DNA of 64,000 bases, from contig OZ242274.1 in the NCBI GenBank assembly GCA_965207375.1, positions 1,120,001 to 1,184,000 on the forward strand. Direction: 5' to 3'. Source of the DNA: Nitrosopumilaceae archaeon. Lineage in GTDB: Archaea; Thermoproteota; Nitrososphaeria; Nitrososphaerales; Nitrosopumilaceae. The notes under the pieces are model-generated. The model was not told the DNA's origin and searched no databases. It saw nothing but the letters and a program-made list of their open reading frames with translations. A program made the position numbers and the translations under genes. Positions within the stretch are counted from its first letter, which is position 1; every line of letters begins with the position of its first letter. Below are positions 30,027-40,160 of the stretch, piece after piece.

Positions 30027-30542
30027 TTAGTTTGTATAGTCACCGGTTAACTGCTTTGCCCATCTTTGGATTTTATCTTTTTGTAGCGTAATTACTTTTA
30101 TTTGAGCCTGTTTTAATAAATCATAATCTGTTTCAGGATAAGAGTCAAGACAAATTATTTTTTTAATACCAATTGTAATTGCCATTTTTGTACATTCCAA
30201 ACATGGCACAAATGTGGTGTACAATATGGCACCCTTGACTCCTGCCTCTATTCCTAGTATGGCACAATGCATGATTGCGTTTGCTTCTGCATGAGTGCAA
30301 AGGCATCTATCTAGTGATTGACCTGGTTCAATTTTTCCATCCATTCTTAACTGGCATCGTTTACAGCCTCCTTCAAAACAGTTTTTTATGCCCGGAGGTG
30401 TTCCGTTGTATCCTGTAGCTATTTGGCGATTGTTTCTGACAATTACTGCACCAACCTTTCTTGTTATGCAGTTTGAGCGAAGCTTTGCAAGCTCTGCTTG
30501 AAGCATAAAATATTCATCCCAATTTGGTCTATCAAAAGTCAT
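30027..30542 (-). CDS. dCMP deaminase (ComEB family)
   Basis: RPNWDEYFM, TGYNG, HAEANA, PCLEC; alternative start at 30557. Confidence 0.92.
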   Translation of the reverse strand: MTFDRPNWDEYFMLQAELAKLRSNCITRKVGAVIVRNNRQIATGYNGTPPGIKNCFEGGCKRCQLRMDGKIEPGQSLDRCLCTHAEANAIMHCAILGIEAGVKGAILYTTFVPCLECTKMAITIGIKKIICLDSYPETDYDLLKQAQIKVITLQKDKIQRWAKQLTGDYTN

Positions 30543-30601
30543 ACACACACTTGCCATTGCTGCAATATATGAATTTGAATCAAAAAGATCATCTAAAATT
30601 A

Positions 30602-30691
30602 TTATGAATATACTGAATAGAATCCCCAGATGATACCCAAAGCCATTATTCCAATCAGCGAATAACCAAGTGCCTTAAAGTCACTATTCAT
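30602..30691 (-). CDS. 29-aa single-TM microprotein (not in the ORF track)
   Basis: MNSDFKALGYSLIGIMALGIIWGFYSVYS*; ATTAAATA box about 25-30 nt upstream. Confidence 0.5.
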   Translation of the reverse strand: MNSDFKALGYSLIGIMALGIIWGFYSVYS

Positions 30692-30978
30692 ATTTTCCAA
30701 ATTAAATTACTCCTTATTTAATATTCAGTGCACTTCAGATTGTAGCGTAACTCAAATTTTAGACACAAATTTATCACACTTTTAACTAGTTTAGAGAGTT
30801 ACGTGATTATACGTACATTTGGAATTAGGCCTGTTTTGATGTTCTCTAGTTGAGACTTGGGATTTTCAGACCCATCAGACATCTATCTTTTTGAATTCAA
30901 AATTGACAAATAATTGAGCACAAGCTTGTTTTGTTGTATACTAAAAGAATAATATCAAACCATACAAGAAATATTTGA

Positions 30979-32472
30979 TTGGAATATTTTGAAAATAAAT
31001 TTGTCAGACAAAATGCCATCGAAAAAAGAGATTATCAAACAAGTTTGGCAAAGCAGGCAATTGCAGAAAACTGCATAATAGTCCTGCCTACAGGATTGGG
31101 AAAAACAACTGTGGCCTTGCAGGTAATTTGTGACTGTTTGCAAAAAGGAACCGGAGGAATTTTGTTTCTTGCCCCTACTAAAGTCCTAGTTAATCAACAC
31201 TATGAATTTTTAAAAAAAAATATTCTGCTTGATGATATTGGTATAATCACAGGAGATGATGCGATTTTAAAACGCAAAAAGCTCTGGAGCAACAGCATTA
31301 TTTGTGCCACCCCTGAAGTTACTAGAAATGATCTAATTCGTAAAATAGTAGAACCGAGGCAGTTTTCTTTGGTGATTTTTGATGAGGCACACAGGACAAT
31401 AGGTGATTATGCATATTCTGGAATTGCTCAAAGTTTTGCCGATTGTAATGCTAGAATTATTGGAATGACTGCTACTTTACCTAGTGAGAAAGAAAAGGCC
31501 ACTGAAATTTTAATGACGTTGCGTATTGCAAGTGTTGCCCAAAGAACAGAGAACAGCCAAGATGTAAAACCATATGTACAAGAAACAGACACTCACTGGA
31601 TCAAAGTAAAACTCCCAGACGAACTAAGGTCAATCCAAACTTTGATCAAATTAGCATTAAATGAAAGATACGACACGCTACAAAAAAACGGAATTGACAC
31701 TAGTCAAAAATCATTGTCTGCATTGTTGCGCGCCAGACCGTTTGTTCTAACTCAGAATAGAAGATCTGCCAAACCTCTCTTTACTGCAATACGAATTCAT
31801 TATGCATTAAACATGCTAGAGGCTCACGGAATTACATCCTTTCTCAAATTTTGTGAAAGGGCCAAGGCAAAAAAGGGAGCAGGAGTCAAAGAGTTATTTG
31901 AGGTAGATCCAAATTTCACCCGTGCAATTCAATTGGCCCGTGCGGCACAACAGAGAGGAGTTGAGCATTCCAAAATTCCCAAACTTCGGGAAATTTTGAA
32001 AAATCTTGACGGCAAAGCACTAGTTTTTTCAAGCTATCGTGATTCTGTAAATGTTATTCATAAAAATTTAATCGAGATGGGCATTGCATCGGGAATATTA
32101 ATTGGAAAGGCAGGCGAGGAAGGATTGAAGCAAAAAAAGCAGATTGAGACTGTACAAAAATTCCGAGATGGCACATATCAGGTTTTAGTTGCAACGCGGG
32201 TAGGTGAGGAAGGCTTGGATATCTCTGAGGTAAACTTGGTGGTTTTTTATGATAATGTTCCAAGCTCAATTCGTTTTGTGCAACGCAGGGGACGAACGGG
32301 AAGAAAGGACGTGGGAAAACTCATAGTTTTGATTGCTGAGGACACCATTGATGAGACCTATTATTGGATAGGAAAGCGTAAAATCGAATCTGCAAGGACA
32401 ATGGGAGACAAAATGACTCAGGTCCTAGATGATAGTAAAGAAAAAACCGGTCTTGATGCTTTTCTAGAGTGA
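30979..32472 (+). CDS. Hef/FANCM-like DEAH helicase (no C-terminal nuclease)
   Basis: LPTGLGKT, FDEAHR, MTAT, GEEGLDI, VQRRGRTGR; C-terminal GLDAF PIP-like motif. Confidence 0.9.
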   Translation: MEYFENKFVRQNAIEKRDYQTSLAKQAIAENCIIVLPTGLGKTTVALQVICDCLQKGTGGILFLAPTKVLVNQHYEFLKKNILLDDIGIITGDDAILKRKKLWSNSIICATPEVTRNDLIRKIVEPRQFSLVIFDEAHRTIGDYAYSGIAQSFADCNARIIGMTATLPSEKEKATEILMTLRIASVAQRTENSQDVKPYVQETDTHWIKVKLPDELRSIQTLIKLALNERYDTLQKNGIDTSQKSLSALLRARPFVLTQNRRSAKPLFTAIRIHYALNMLEAHGITSFLKFCERAKAKKGAGVKELFEVDPNFTRAIQLARAAQQRGVEHSKIPKLREILKNLDGKALVFSSYRDSVNVIHKNLIEMGIASGILIGKAGEEGLKQKKQIETVQKFRDGTYQVLVATRVGEEGLDISEVNLVVFYDNVPSSIRFVQRRGRTGRKDVGKLIVLIAEDTIDETYYWIGKRKIESARTMGDKMTQVLDDSKEKTGLDAFLE

Positions 32473-32526
32473 ATAAAAATAGATGTACTGTATAGTGATT
32501 ATATCAAACCTTGGACCTGACTTGCT

Positions 32527-32802
32527 CTAGCCAAATCTCTTGATAATATGATAGCCGAATTCGGATTTTACGGGCTCTGACACTTGACCTATTTGTAACT
32601 TAAATGCTGTATCTTCAAACGGCTTTACCATTTTTCCTCGTGTAAAATATCCCAAACTTCCATCCCTTTTAGCACTGCCAGAGTCAATTGAAAACTCTTT
32701 GGCTAGTCTTCCAAATTTTTCTCCATTGTTTAGTTTAGTTAAAATATCTAGTGCCTCGCTCTGCTTTTTTACAAGAATATGTGAACATTTGATTTTATTC
32801 AT
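32527..32802 (-). CDS. pinA: Parvulin-type peptidyl-prolyl isomerase
   Basis: CSHILVK, SAKRDGSLG, MVKPFE, SEFGYHII. Confidence 0.92.
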   Translation of the reverse strand: MNKIKCSHILVKKQSEALDILTKLNNGEKFGRLAKEFSIDSGSAKRDGSLGYFTRGKMVKPFEDTAFKLQIGQVSEPVKSEFGYHIIKRFG

Positions 32803-32981
32803 ACTAGTATTGAATAATACCGTCTTTTATTTTTAATGAAAATAGATTGCTCTGTTGGTAATATGTCATGGTGGGTTTTCCCAAATTTACCCAAGTTCTT
32901 GGTATCCCATCACTGTATGATTGCCTATTTTGTTTCCCGATTGGCAAGACATGGACGACTCACGCGTTTTCAATTAATTTG

Positions 32982-33274
32982 TCAGGTATTTTTTTCGTCA
33001 AATATTCGCCCTCTAATATCTGGGATTTTTTTGTATACCAAATCCCTAACCTTTTGTTGATCCTCTAAGGTAGGCATACCTCCTGTTTGTGCACTAAACA
33101 TTGCACTACCCATGGCTAAGGCCATACCCATTACCAATCCATAGACAAATTCCTTTGGATTTTCAACTTTGAGTTCGTCCTTGTTTTGCTCAATTTCTTG
33201 CAAATGCATGGAATTGTTGCAAGTGCTCCGTCTATTGTTTGACCAATTAATGTGTCAATCATGTCTTTGCTCAT
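32982..33274 (-). pseudogene. Hypothetical protein with a probable 1-nt frameshift near 33209
   Basis: Upstream frame MSKDMIDTLIGQTIDGALATIP joins MHLQEIEQNK if one A is restored (ATTCCA-TGCAT); span is 293 nt. Confidence 0.5.
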
Positions 33275-33409
33275 AAAACACTCTATTATTTACAGATATT
33301 AAATCTGTGTAATGTTACAGGCAGGATACATAAAAGTGGAAATTTTACGAGTTTACAATTACCTCTATGTGACTAAGACTTTTAATCTAGTTTTAAAGAA
33401 TTGTGTCCA

Positions 33410-33811
33410 ATGTTTGCATATTTTACACTAGCACAGGCAAATGACGTATTGCCAGATGTTATCAAAAAATTTGAAATAGTATTGGCAAAAAAGAATCAGG
33501 TTTCAAAAATTGAACACCAGTTGCAGGTCAGTGTATCTGTAAATAACAAATTTGAAGATTATGTAACACTAAAGCAAAAACTCAATTCTGCAATCTCTCA
33601 GTTTTATGCAGCAATTGAAGAATTAGAAGGTACTGGATTTGTAATAAAAAATATCGATGAAGGTCTAGGTGATTTTCCATCCTTGAGGTTTGATCAGGAG
33701 GTTTGGTTGTGTTGGAAATATGGAGAGACCGAAATCAAATTTTGGCACGAAAAAGATTCTGGATTTGCAGGCAGAAAGCCATTAGAGGTAGACGATGATA
33801 CCTTGGTTTAG
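33410..33811 (+). CDS. DUF2203 family protein
   Basis: FTLAQANDVLP, IKNIDEGLGDFPS, LCWKYGE, WH, GFAGRKPL. Confidence 0.85.
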   Translation: MFAYFTLAQANDVLPDVIKKFEIVLAKKNQVSKIEHQLQVSVSVNNKFEDYVTLKQKLNSAISQFYAAIEELEGTGFVIKNIDEGLGDFPSLRFDQEVWLCWKYGETEIKFWHEKDSGFAGRKPLEVDDDTLV

Positions 33812-33971
33812 ACAGATGTATAGGCAAATCGTGACATTTGCAATTTCTTCAAAAAAGACAAATGTTTGATTTGATAAAAATCGCAAATTAATCAATACGT
33901 TTAAAATTAAAGAATATTTTGGGCAAACTAGCAGGATATGATTTAATTAAACCAAAATCAAATTCTGATTT

Positions 33972-34502
33972 ATGCGTGCGTTGATGGTGGGTAGATTTCA
34001 ACCATTTCATTTGGGGCATTTGGATCTAGTGCGACAGATTCTTTTGCAAAATGACGAGATAATAATTGCAGTTACTAGCTCCCAGTTTAATTATCTGTCA
34101 AAGGATCCCTTTACATCGGGGGAGAGAATTGAAATGATTCACAATTCTTTATGTGATGCAGGTATTGACATGTCAAAGTGTTTTGTTACTGCAATCCAAA
34201 ACCAGTTCAATGTGGCAACCTGGGCAGGATACTTGAAGTCATCTTTACCTGCGTTTGACAAGGTGTATAGTGGAAATTCCTACGTCTCAATGCTACTTGA
34301 GAATTCTGGAATTGATGTAATTGCTCCAAGATTTTTAGAGCGTCAAAAGTATACTGCAAGTAAGATACGTGATTTAATAGTCAATGGAGGAGATTGGAAA
34401 TCATGTGTTCCAAAGGCAGTTTCTGATATTATTGAAAAAATAGACGGCATAACCCGACTAGAGATCATAGCTGTATCTGATACTGACCCCACGGATCACT
34501 GA
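33972..34502 (+). CDS. nadM: Nicotinamide-nucleotide adenylyltransferase
   Basis: GRFQPFHLGH, DPFTSGERIEM, ASKIR, WKSCVP. Confidence 0.92.
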   Translation: MRALMVGRFQPFHLGHLDLVRQILLQNDEIIIAVTSSQFNYLSKDPFTSGERIEMIHNSLCDAGIDMSKCFVTAIQNQFNVATWAGYLKSSLPAFDKVYSGNSYVSMLLENSGIDVIAPRFLERQKYTASKIRDLIVNGGDWKSCVPKAVSDIIEKIDGITRLEIIAVSDTDPTDH

Positions 34503-34509
34503 TGGTATC

Positions 34510-34623
34510 ATGCGTGCCTGCCCTATCTGTCCACAATGTGGCTCAAAACGGTTTGAGCGATTACCAAAAAAGGGTATGATTGTAAAATGTCGCAAATGTA
34601 ACCAGATCATAGACATTTCATAG
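34510..34623 (+). CDS. 37-aa zinc-ribbon microprotein (not in the ORF track)
   Basis: MRACPICPQCGSKRFERLPKKGMIVKCRKCNQIIDIS*; sits between nadM and ilvC on the same strand. Confidence 0.6.
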   Translation: MRACPICPQCGSKRFERLPKKGMIVKCRKCNQIIDIS

Positions 34624-34652
34624 TTAATATTTGCAGTATTGTATCTAAAATT

Positions 34653-35651
34653 ATGGCAAAAACATGGAAGGATGCAGATATCAGCCTTGATCCAATAAAA
34701 AATCAGACAATAGCCGTAATTGGCTATGGGATACAGGGTCATGCGCAAGCAAACAACATGAAGGACTCTGGACTCAACGTAATTATTGGCCTTAAAGAAG
34801 GCAGGAACAGCTGGGAGCAGGCCAAAGCAGACGGTCATAAAGTAATGTCAGTGGCAGAGGCTACAAAAGCTGCCGACATTGTACACATATTGATTCCAGA
34901 CATGATTCAGGGCCAAGTTTACAAAGATGAAATCAAACCAAATCTTTCTAAAGGCAATACACTGTCATTTTCTCATGCTGCTGCAATATACTGGAAATGG
35001 ATTGAGGCACCATCTGATGTTGATCTCATCATGGTGGCACCAAAAGGACCAGGCTCCAAAGTACGAGAGACATATCTTGATAATTTTGGAACCCCCTCTA
35101 TTGTTGCAGTAGAACAGGACTTTACAGGAAAGGCCTGGGACAAAACATTGGGAATTGCAAAGGCAATCGGAAGTGCAAGAGCAGGATTAATTCAGACTAG
35201 CTTCAAAGAGGAGGTAGAAACTGATTGGTTTGGAGAGCAGGCAGACCTTTGTGGCGGCGCAGCATCAATGGTAACAAATGCGTTTGAAACTCTAGTTGAG
35301 GCAGGTTATCAGCCCGAGATTGCATACTTTGAGGTGTTACATGAGCTCAAACTCATAGTAGACATGATTCAAAGGTATGGAATCAACGGAATGTGGAGAC
35401 GAGTTAGTGAGACTGCAAGATATGGCGGCCTGACTCGGGGTCCGATGGTCATGGATACTGTAAATAAACAAAATATGAAAAAAGTACTGACCATGATTCA
35501 GGATGGCACATTTAACAAAGAGTGGATATCTGAATATCAAAAAAATGGAAAAGATGCATTTAACAAATATATCAAAGAGTATGAAGAGCATCAAATTGAA
35601 AAGGTCGGCAAACAAATGCGTAAAATGATGTGGCCTGATTCCACAGAATAA
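34653..35651 (+). CDS. ilvC: Ketol-acid reductoisomerase
   Basis: GYGIQGHAQA, VAPKGPG, ETDWFGEQ, AYFEVLHE, SETARYG. Confidence 0.96.
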   Translation: MAKTWKDADISLDPIKNQTIAVIGYGIQGHAQANNMKDSGLNVIIGLKEGRNSWEQAKADGHKVMSVAEATKAADIVHILIPDMIQGQVYKDEIKPNLSKGNTLSFSHAAAIYWKWIEAPSDVDLIMVAPKGPGSKVRETYLDNFGTPSIVAVEQDFTGKAWDKTLGIAKAIGSARAGLIQTSFKEEVETDWFGEQADLCGGAASMVTNAFETLVEAGYQPEIAYFEVLHELKLIVDMIQRYGINGMWRRVSETARYGGLTRGPMVMDTVNKQNMKKVLTMIQDGTFNKEWISEYQKNGKDAFNKYIKEYEEHQIEKVGKQMRKMMWPDSTE

Positions 35652-35922
35652 TCTTTTTTCTATATTGATGTTTTGCATCAGGGTGTAACTATACCATAGT
35701 GCTTTTGCTATATGTTGCCCAAATATACTTGGAGTGTGCAAGTCGTGTCTTGGACATACTATCATAAAAAATCTGTGCCTGTACACGGTAGTCTCAGATG
35801 AGTCCATCATACAACGTGACATGGAACAAAAATTCCCTGATTCTGTAACTGCTTGGCTCACAGACATACTAGATGCCCAAGCATATCCAAAAAGACATAA
35901 GTTATAATGTACACAAAATTTT

Positions 35923-36696
35923 ATGGTACGCAAGCCAAGAATAGGACTAGGTACAAGCATTGGAAAACACACTTGCATATCTCCTGAATGTAAAATTGGT
36001 AATAGAGTCAAAATTGGTGACGGTGTGATTATGGAAGGTAACATACAGGTAGGTGATAATACGATAATTGATCATGGGGTAATAATTCGGGGAACTACAA
36101 AGATAGGAAAGGACAACTGGATATATCCATATGCTATAATAGGAACCGGACCAGAACATCGCGCATTTGCAGACAAGGTTCCATCAAAGCTTCGAATAGA
36201 CATAGGAGATCGAAACATAATCCGAGAATATTGCAGGATACATCTGCCCACTGAATCAAAAAAGACCTCGCTTGGTTCTGACTGTTACATCATGACCAAC
36301 TCTCATCTTGCACACGACGTTACAGTACATGATCATGTAACCTTGTCTCCGCTAGTCATCTTAGGTGGACATACTGAGGTCTTTGAGTATGCAAACTTGG
36401 GAATCAGTGCAGTAATACACCAGTTCTGCAAGATAGGATCATATACAATGGTGGCAATGAACAGCAGTATAACAAAGGACATACTGCCGTTTTCACTGAT
36501 AAACCGTCAAATGTTTACAAAAATAAACACAGTTGGGCTCAGTAGGGCAGGAGTTACAGAAAACGAGATTGAAAACATAAGAAAAATGTATCAGAATGGA
36601 GTTCCAAGGCAGCCCAAGACGTGGTATGAAAAAGAGGTCAGACGATTCATGCGCATCTCTACTAGGGGCACATATGAGCCCTCCTTTGACAAATAA
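35923..36696 (+). CDS. LpxA-like left-handed beta-helix acyltransferase
   Basis: Hexapeptide repeats; IREYCRIH, SHLAHDV, LGGH, IHQFCKIG, ITKDILPF, INTVGLSRAG and a helical C-terminal domain. Confidence 0.85.
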   Translation: MVRKPRIGLGTSIGKHTCISPECKIGNRVKIGDGVIMEGNIQVGDNTIIDHGVIIRGTTKIGKDNWIYPYAIIGTGPEHRAFADKVPSKLRIDIGDRNIIREYCRIHLPTESKKTSLGSDCYIMTNSHLAHDVTVHDHVTLSPLVILGGHTEVFEYANLGISAVIHQFCKIGSYTMVAMNSSITKDILPFSLINRQMFTKINTVGLSRAGVTENEIENIRKMYQNGVPRQPKTWYEKEVRRFMRISTRGTYEPSFDK

Positions 36697-36708
36697 CCAA
36701 AGAATCCA

Positions 36709-37131
36709 TTATATTTTTCTTAATTTGGAAACTCCGGTTGTAATATGATCAATAATTGTAGGCAATGAGGTTCCTGGACCAAATACGTGGTCTACTCCTG
36801 ATTTTATCAGTCCTTTGTGGTCAATGTTTGGAATAACTCCTCCTCCAACAACTAGTACGTCTTTGATTCCTTTCTTTTTGAGTTCCTTGACGACCCTTGG
36901 AAAAAGTGTTCCATGTGCGCCGTTGAGCAGACTCATTGCCACAGCATCAACATCCTCATCTTGTGCAATTTGTGCAACTCGTTCTGGTGTTGCAAACAAT
37001 CCCGAATAGATTACCTCCATTCCTGCATCTCTAAATGCTCTACAAAGTACCAATGCACCACGATCATGGCCATCAAGACCTAGCTTGGCTACCAAAATCT
37101 TAATTCTGCGTGTTGCAGTTTTTTGCCTCAT
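36709..37131 (-). CDS. Methylmalonyl-CoA mutase small (cobalamin-binding) subunit
   Basis: AKLGLDGHDRGA, SLLNGAH, GGGVIP, FGPGT. Confidence 0.95.
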   Translation of the reverse strand: MRQKTATRRIKILVAKLGLDGHDRGALVLCRAFRDAGMEVIYSGLFATPERVAQIAQDEDVDAVAMSLLNGAHGTLFPRVVKELKKKGIKDVLVVGGGVIPNIDHKGLIKSGVDHVFGPGTSLPTIIDHITTGVSKLRKI

Positions 37132-37213
37132 GTGTAATATAATGAAATCATGACACCTTTATTTGATTTTCTCAAACACGAATCTACATAAAGCCGAATG
37201 AAAAATCTGTATC

Positions 37214-39709
37214 ATGTCAACTAGACCTGTAAATTACAATCTGGAATTTGAACCTAATTTTACAAATTTTACATTTGAGGGCAAGGCAGCAATTACTGCT
37301 ATCTCTGAAAAACCTACCGATAAAATATCGATTCATGCAGCAGAGCTCAAAATCAAGTACTGTCATGTTTTGTATGATGGAAAAAAAATATCTGCTACAA
37401 CAAGACTTGATGAAATAGCAGAAAAATTACACATCGACTTGTCCTCAAAGGTCAGCAGAAAATTCATAATTGAGATTGGATTTGTTGGAATCTTAAATGA
37501 GCGACTGTTGGGATTTTATCAAAGCAGATACAAGGTTGGTAATAACACAAAATTTATGGCCACCACCCAGTTTGAGGCAGCCGATGCAAGACGTGCATTT
37601 CCATGTTGGGATGAACCACAAGCAAAGGCCACATTTGATATTGCAATAATTGCAAAAGATACACACATGGCAATATCAAACATGCCGGTACTATCAAAGA
37701 AAAAATTAAACAAAAAAACGCGTTATCAGTTTGATACGACTCCAATCATGTCCACGTATCTGATTTATCTAGGTGTTGGCGAATTTGAGTACATTTCTGG
37801 AAAAGCAGGCAAAACTATGATACGAGTCATAACTACAAAAGGAAACAAGTCTCGCGGAAAATTCGCTCTAGATCTTGGTAAAAAGCTACTTGTATCTTAT
37901 GAAAAATATTTTGGAATCGCATACCCACTACCAAAACTAGATTTGCTTGCAATTCCTGATTTTGCAGCAGGTGCAATGGAGAACTGGGGCGCAATCACAT
38001 TTAGAGAGACCATTTTACTGTATGATTCCAAGACCTCCTCTACTAGAACCAAACAATTCATCGCAGAAGTCATCTCTCATGAGATTGCACACCAGTGGTT
38101 TGGTAATTTGGTTACAATGAAATGGTGGAATGACTTGTGGCTCAATGAAAGCTTTGCAACTTTTATGGCAACAAAGTTTGTTGACAAGTTCTATCCAGAG
38201 TGGGAACTATGGGATCAGTTTGTAGAGGATTCAATGAATACTTCAATGGGACTAGATGCATTAAAAACAACACATCCAATCGATGTCAAAGTAAACAGTC
38301 CTGCCCAAATTCGTGAAATCTTTGATGCCATTTCATATGACAAGGGAGGTTGTATATTGCGTATGCTAGAACATTACGTTGGAGAATCAAGCTTTAGAAG
38401 TGGTCTCAAAAAATACCTTGCAAAATTCAAGTATCAAAATGCAACAGGTGATGACTTGTGGTCTGCAATAGGTGCAGCATCAGGCAAGCCAGTAAAGGCC
38501 ATGGTAAATAGCTGGTTAAAACAACCTGGATTTCCTCTAGTTGAGGTTTTACAAGACGGCAATGTAATTAAATTGAATCAAAAACGATTCTTGGCAGAAT
38601 CTGATAAAAAGCATCAAAAGGGACTCTGGCACATACCAGTTGATATATTCCTAGACTCAAAATCTCAAAATCATTTGCTTTTAACAAAATCTAAAAACAT
38701 CAAAATTCCAAAAAACTCTACAGTAATAGTAAACCATCAAAGAACCGGATTTTATCGCACCAAATACGATGATGGAATCTTGCTTGATCTTAAACGGTTG
38801 ATAGATGAAAAAAAGATCTCCCATATTGATAGATGGTCGATTCAAAATGATCTGTTTGCAATGTGTGTATCCGGCCATCAAACGGTTAGAAATTATTTGG
38901 ATTTTAGTGATGCATATTTTGATGAGGACAGCTATTTGGTTTTGACAAATGTATCAAGCAACCTTTATTCGCTGTTTTTACTAGCGTTTTGGGAGCAGTC
39001 TACTGTAGAAATCAAAATCTATGCCAGAAATTACTTTAGACACATTTTACATCGCATGGGATGGGATTCAAAAAAATCAGACAAGCATACTGATGCATTG
39101 CTTCGAAGCTTTGCAATATCTGCACTTGCAAAACTTGGAGACGGTCAGGTAATTGAGGAGGCCGAATCTAGATTTAAAAAATTCTTGAAAAAACCAAGTA
39201 CGCTACCTGCTGATTTGCAAGAGGCAGTATTTTCAATTGTTGCTTGGAACGGCGATGCAAAAACACATGCAAAGCTGACTGCACTATACAAAAAGGCAAA
39301 AACTCAAGAAGAAAAACTGCGTTTTCTAGCAGCACTGTGTACATTCAAAGATAAAAGACTACTTGTACGGTCACTTAACTTTTCTCAAACTGCGTTTGTA
39401 CGCTCGCAAAACATGCAATTACCTATAATGCGCGTTGCTGCAAATCCTTATGGTAGGCAGATTCTTTGGCCATGGCTTCAAAAAAACTGGAAAAAGCTAA
39501 GCAAAAAGGTAGGACACGGCAATCCTCTCTTTAACCGAATAGTTGCAAGCATAGGTCAGGTGGCAGATGCCTCTATGGAAAAAGAGATTCGCATATTTTT
39601 TAAAGACAATCCAACACCGGGCACCGAAAGAACCCTTGATCAAACCCTAGAACGTATACGTATAAAGTCAAGACTGCAAAGTTTCATACGCAAAGAGTTT
39701 TCAAACTGA
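37214..39709 (+). CDS. M1-family aminopeptidase (tricorn-interacting factor/PSA-like)
   Basis: TQFEAADARRAFPCWDEP, GAMEN, HEIAH-x18-E, SYDKGG. Confidence 0.96.
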   Translation: MSTRPVNYNLEFEPNFTNFTFEGKAAITAISEKPTDKISIHAAELKIKYCHVLYDGKKISATTRLDEIAEKLHIDLSSKVSRKFIIEIGFVGILNERLLGFYQSRYKVGNNTKFMATTQFEAADARRAFPCWDEPQAKATFDIAIIAKDTHMAISNMPVLSKKKLNKKTRYQFDTTPIMSTYLIYLGVGEFEYISGKAGKTMIRVITTKGNKSRGKFALDLGKKLLVSYEKYFGIAYPLPKLDLLAIPDFAAGAMENWGAITFRETILLYDSKTSSTRTKQFIAEVISHEIAHQWFGNLVTMKWWNDLWLNESFATFMATKFVDKFYPEWELWDQFVEDSMNTSMGLDALKTTHPIDVKVNSPAQIREIFDAISYDKGGCILRMLEHYVGESSFRSGLKKYLAKFKYQNATGDDLWSAIGAASGKPVKAMVNSWLKQPGFPLVEVLQDGNVIKLNQKRFLAESDKKHQKGLWHIPVDIFLDSKSQNHLLLTKSKNIKIPKNSTVIVNHQRTGFYRTKYDDGILLDLKRLIDEKKISHIDRWSIQNDLFAMCVSGHQTVRNYLDFSDAYFDEDSYLVLTNVSSNLYSLFLLAFWEQSTVEIKIYARNYFRHILHRMGWDSKKSDKHTDALLRSFAISALAKLGDGQVIEEAESRFKKFLKKPSTLPADLQEAVFSIVAWNGDAKTHAKLTALYKKAKTQEEKLRFLAALCTFKDKRLLVRSLNFSQTAFVRSQNMQLPIMRVAANPYGRQILWPWLQKNWKKLSKKVGHGNPLFNRIVASIGQVADASMEKEIRIFFKDNPTPGTERTLDQTLERIRIKSRLQSFIRKEFSN

Positions 39710-39710
39710 T

Positions 39711-40112
39711 ATGATTACAAAAATAACTTTTATCTTTGGAATCGCAATAATTACTACTCTTGCAGTATTTTTACTAGGCACAGACCAGTCGCCTGATCTT
39801 TCTGATACCTTTGTGGTAAATGCAGTATATTTTGCCGATCAGAATCTGGTTCAAATCAGCTTTGAGGATACTAGCGGCCAATCGACTCTTGTAATAATGG
39901 AGATACAAGGAATGGATGAATCATTTCAAAAATATTATGAGAAAACAAGCTTTGTTGAAAATGTAACATTTGAGCTTGCTCCAAAATTTGGCTGGAAGGT
40001 GCACCCTGTTACCTTTGTGGTGCAACACCCCTTATATGAGCAAATAGGCATCAAGACTGAGATTCATGCCCCCAATGAGGCAAAACCTGCAGTTATTTAC
40101 AGCAGTCTCTAA
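39711..40112 (+). CDS. Hypothetical exported/membrane-anchored protein
   Basis: N-terminal hydrophobic helix followed by a beta-rich domain. Confidence 0.7.
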   Translation: MITKITFIFGIAIITTLAVFLLGTDQSPDLSDTFVVNAVYFADQNLVQISFEDTSGQSTLVIMEIQGMDESFQKYYEKTSFVENVTFELAPKFGWKVHPVTFVVQHPLYEQIGIKTEIHAPNEAKPAVIYSSL

Positions 40113-40160
40113 AATGTATCATCTACAAGATTTTATTACAGTATGGTTTTTGTAGCCATA

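Noticed and set aside
35337-36044. 235-aa minus-strand ORF
   Set aside because: Overlaps ilvC and the LpxA-like gene antisense, with no recognisable motifs
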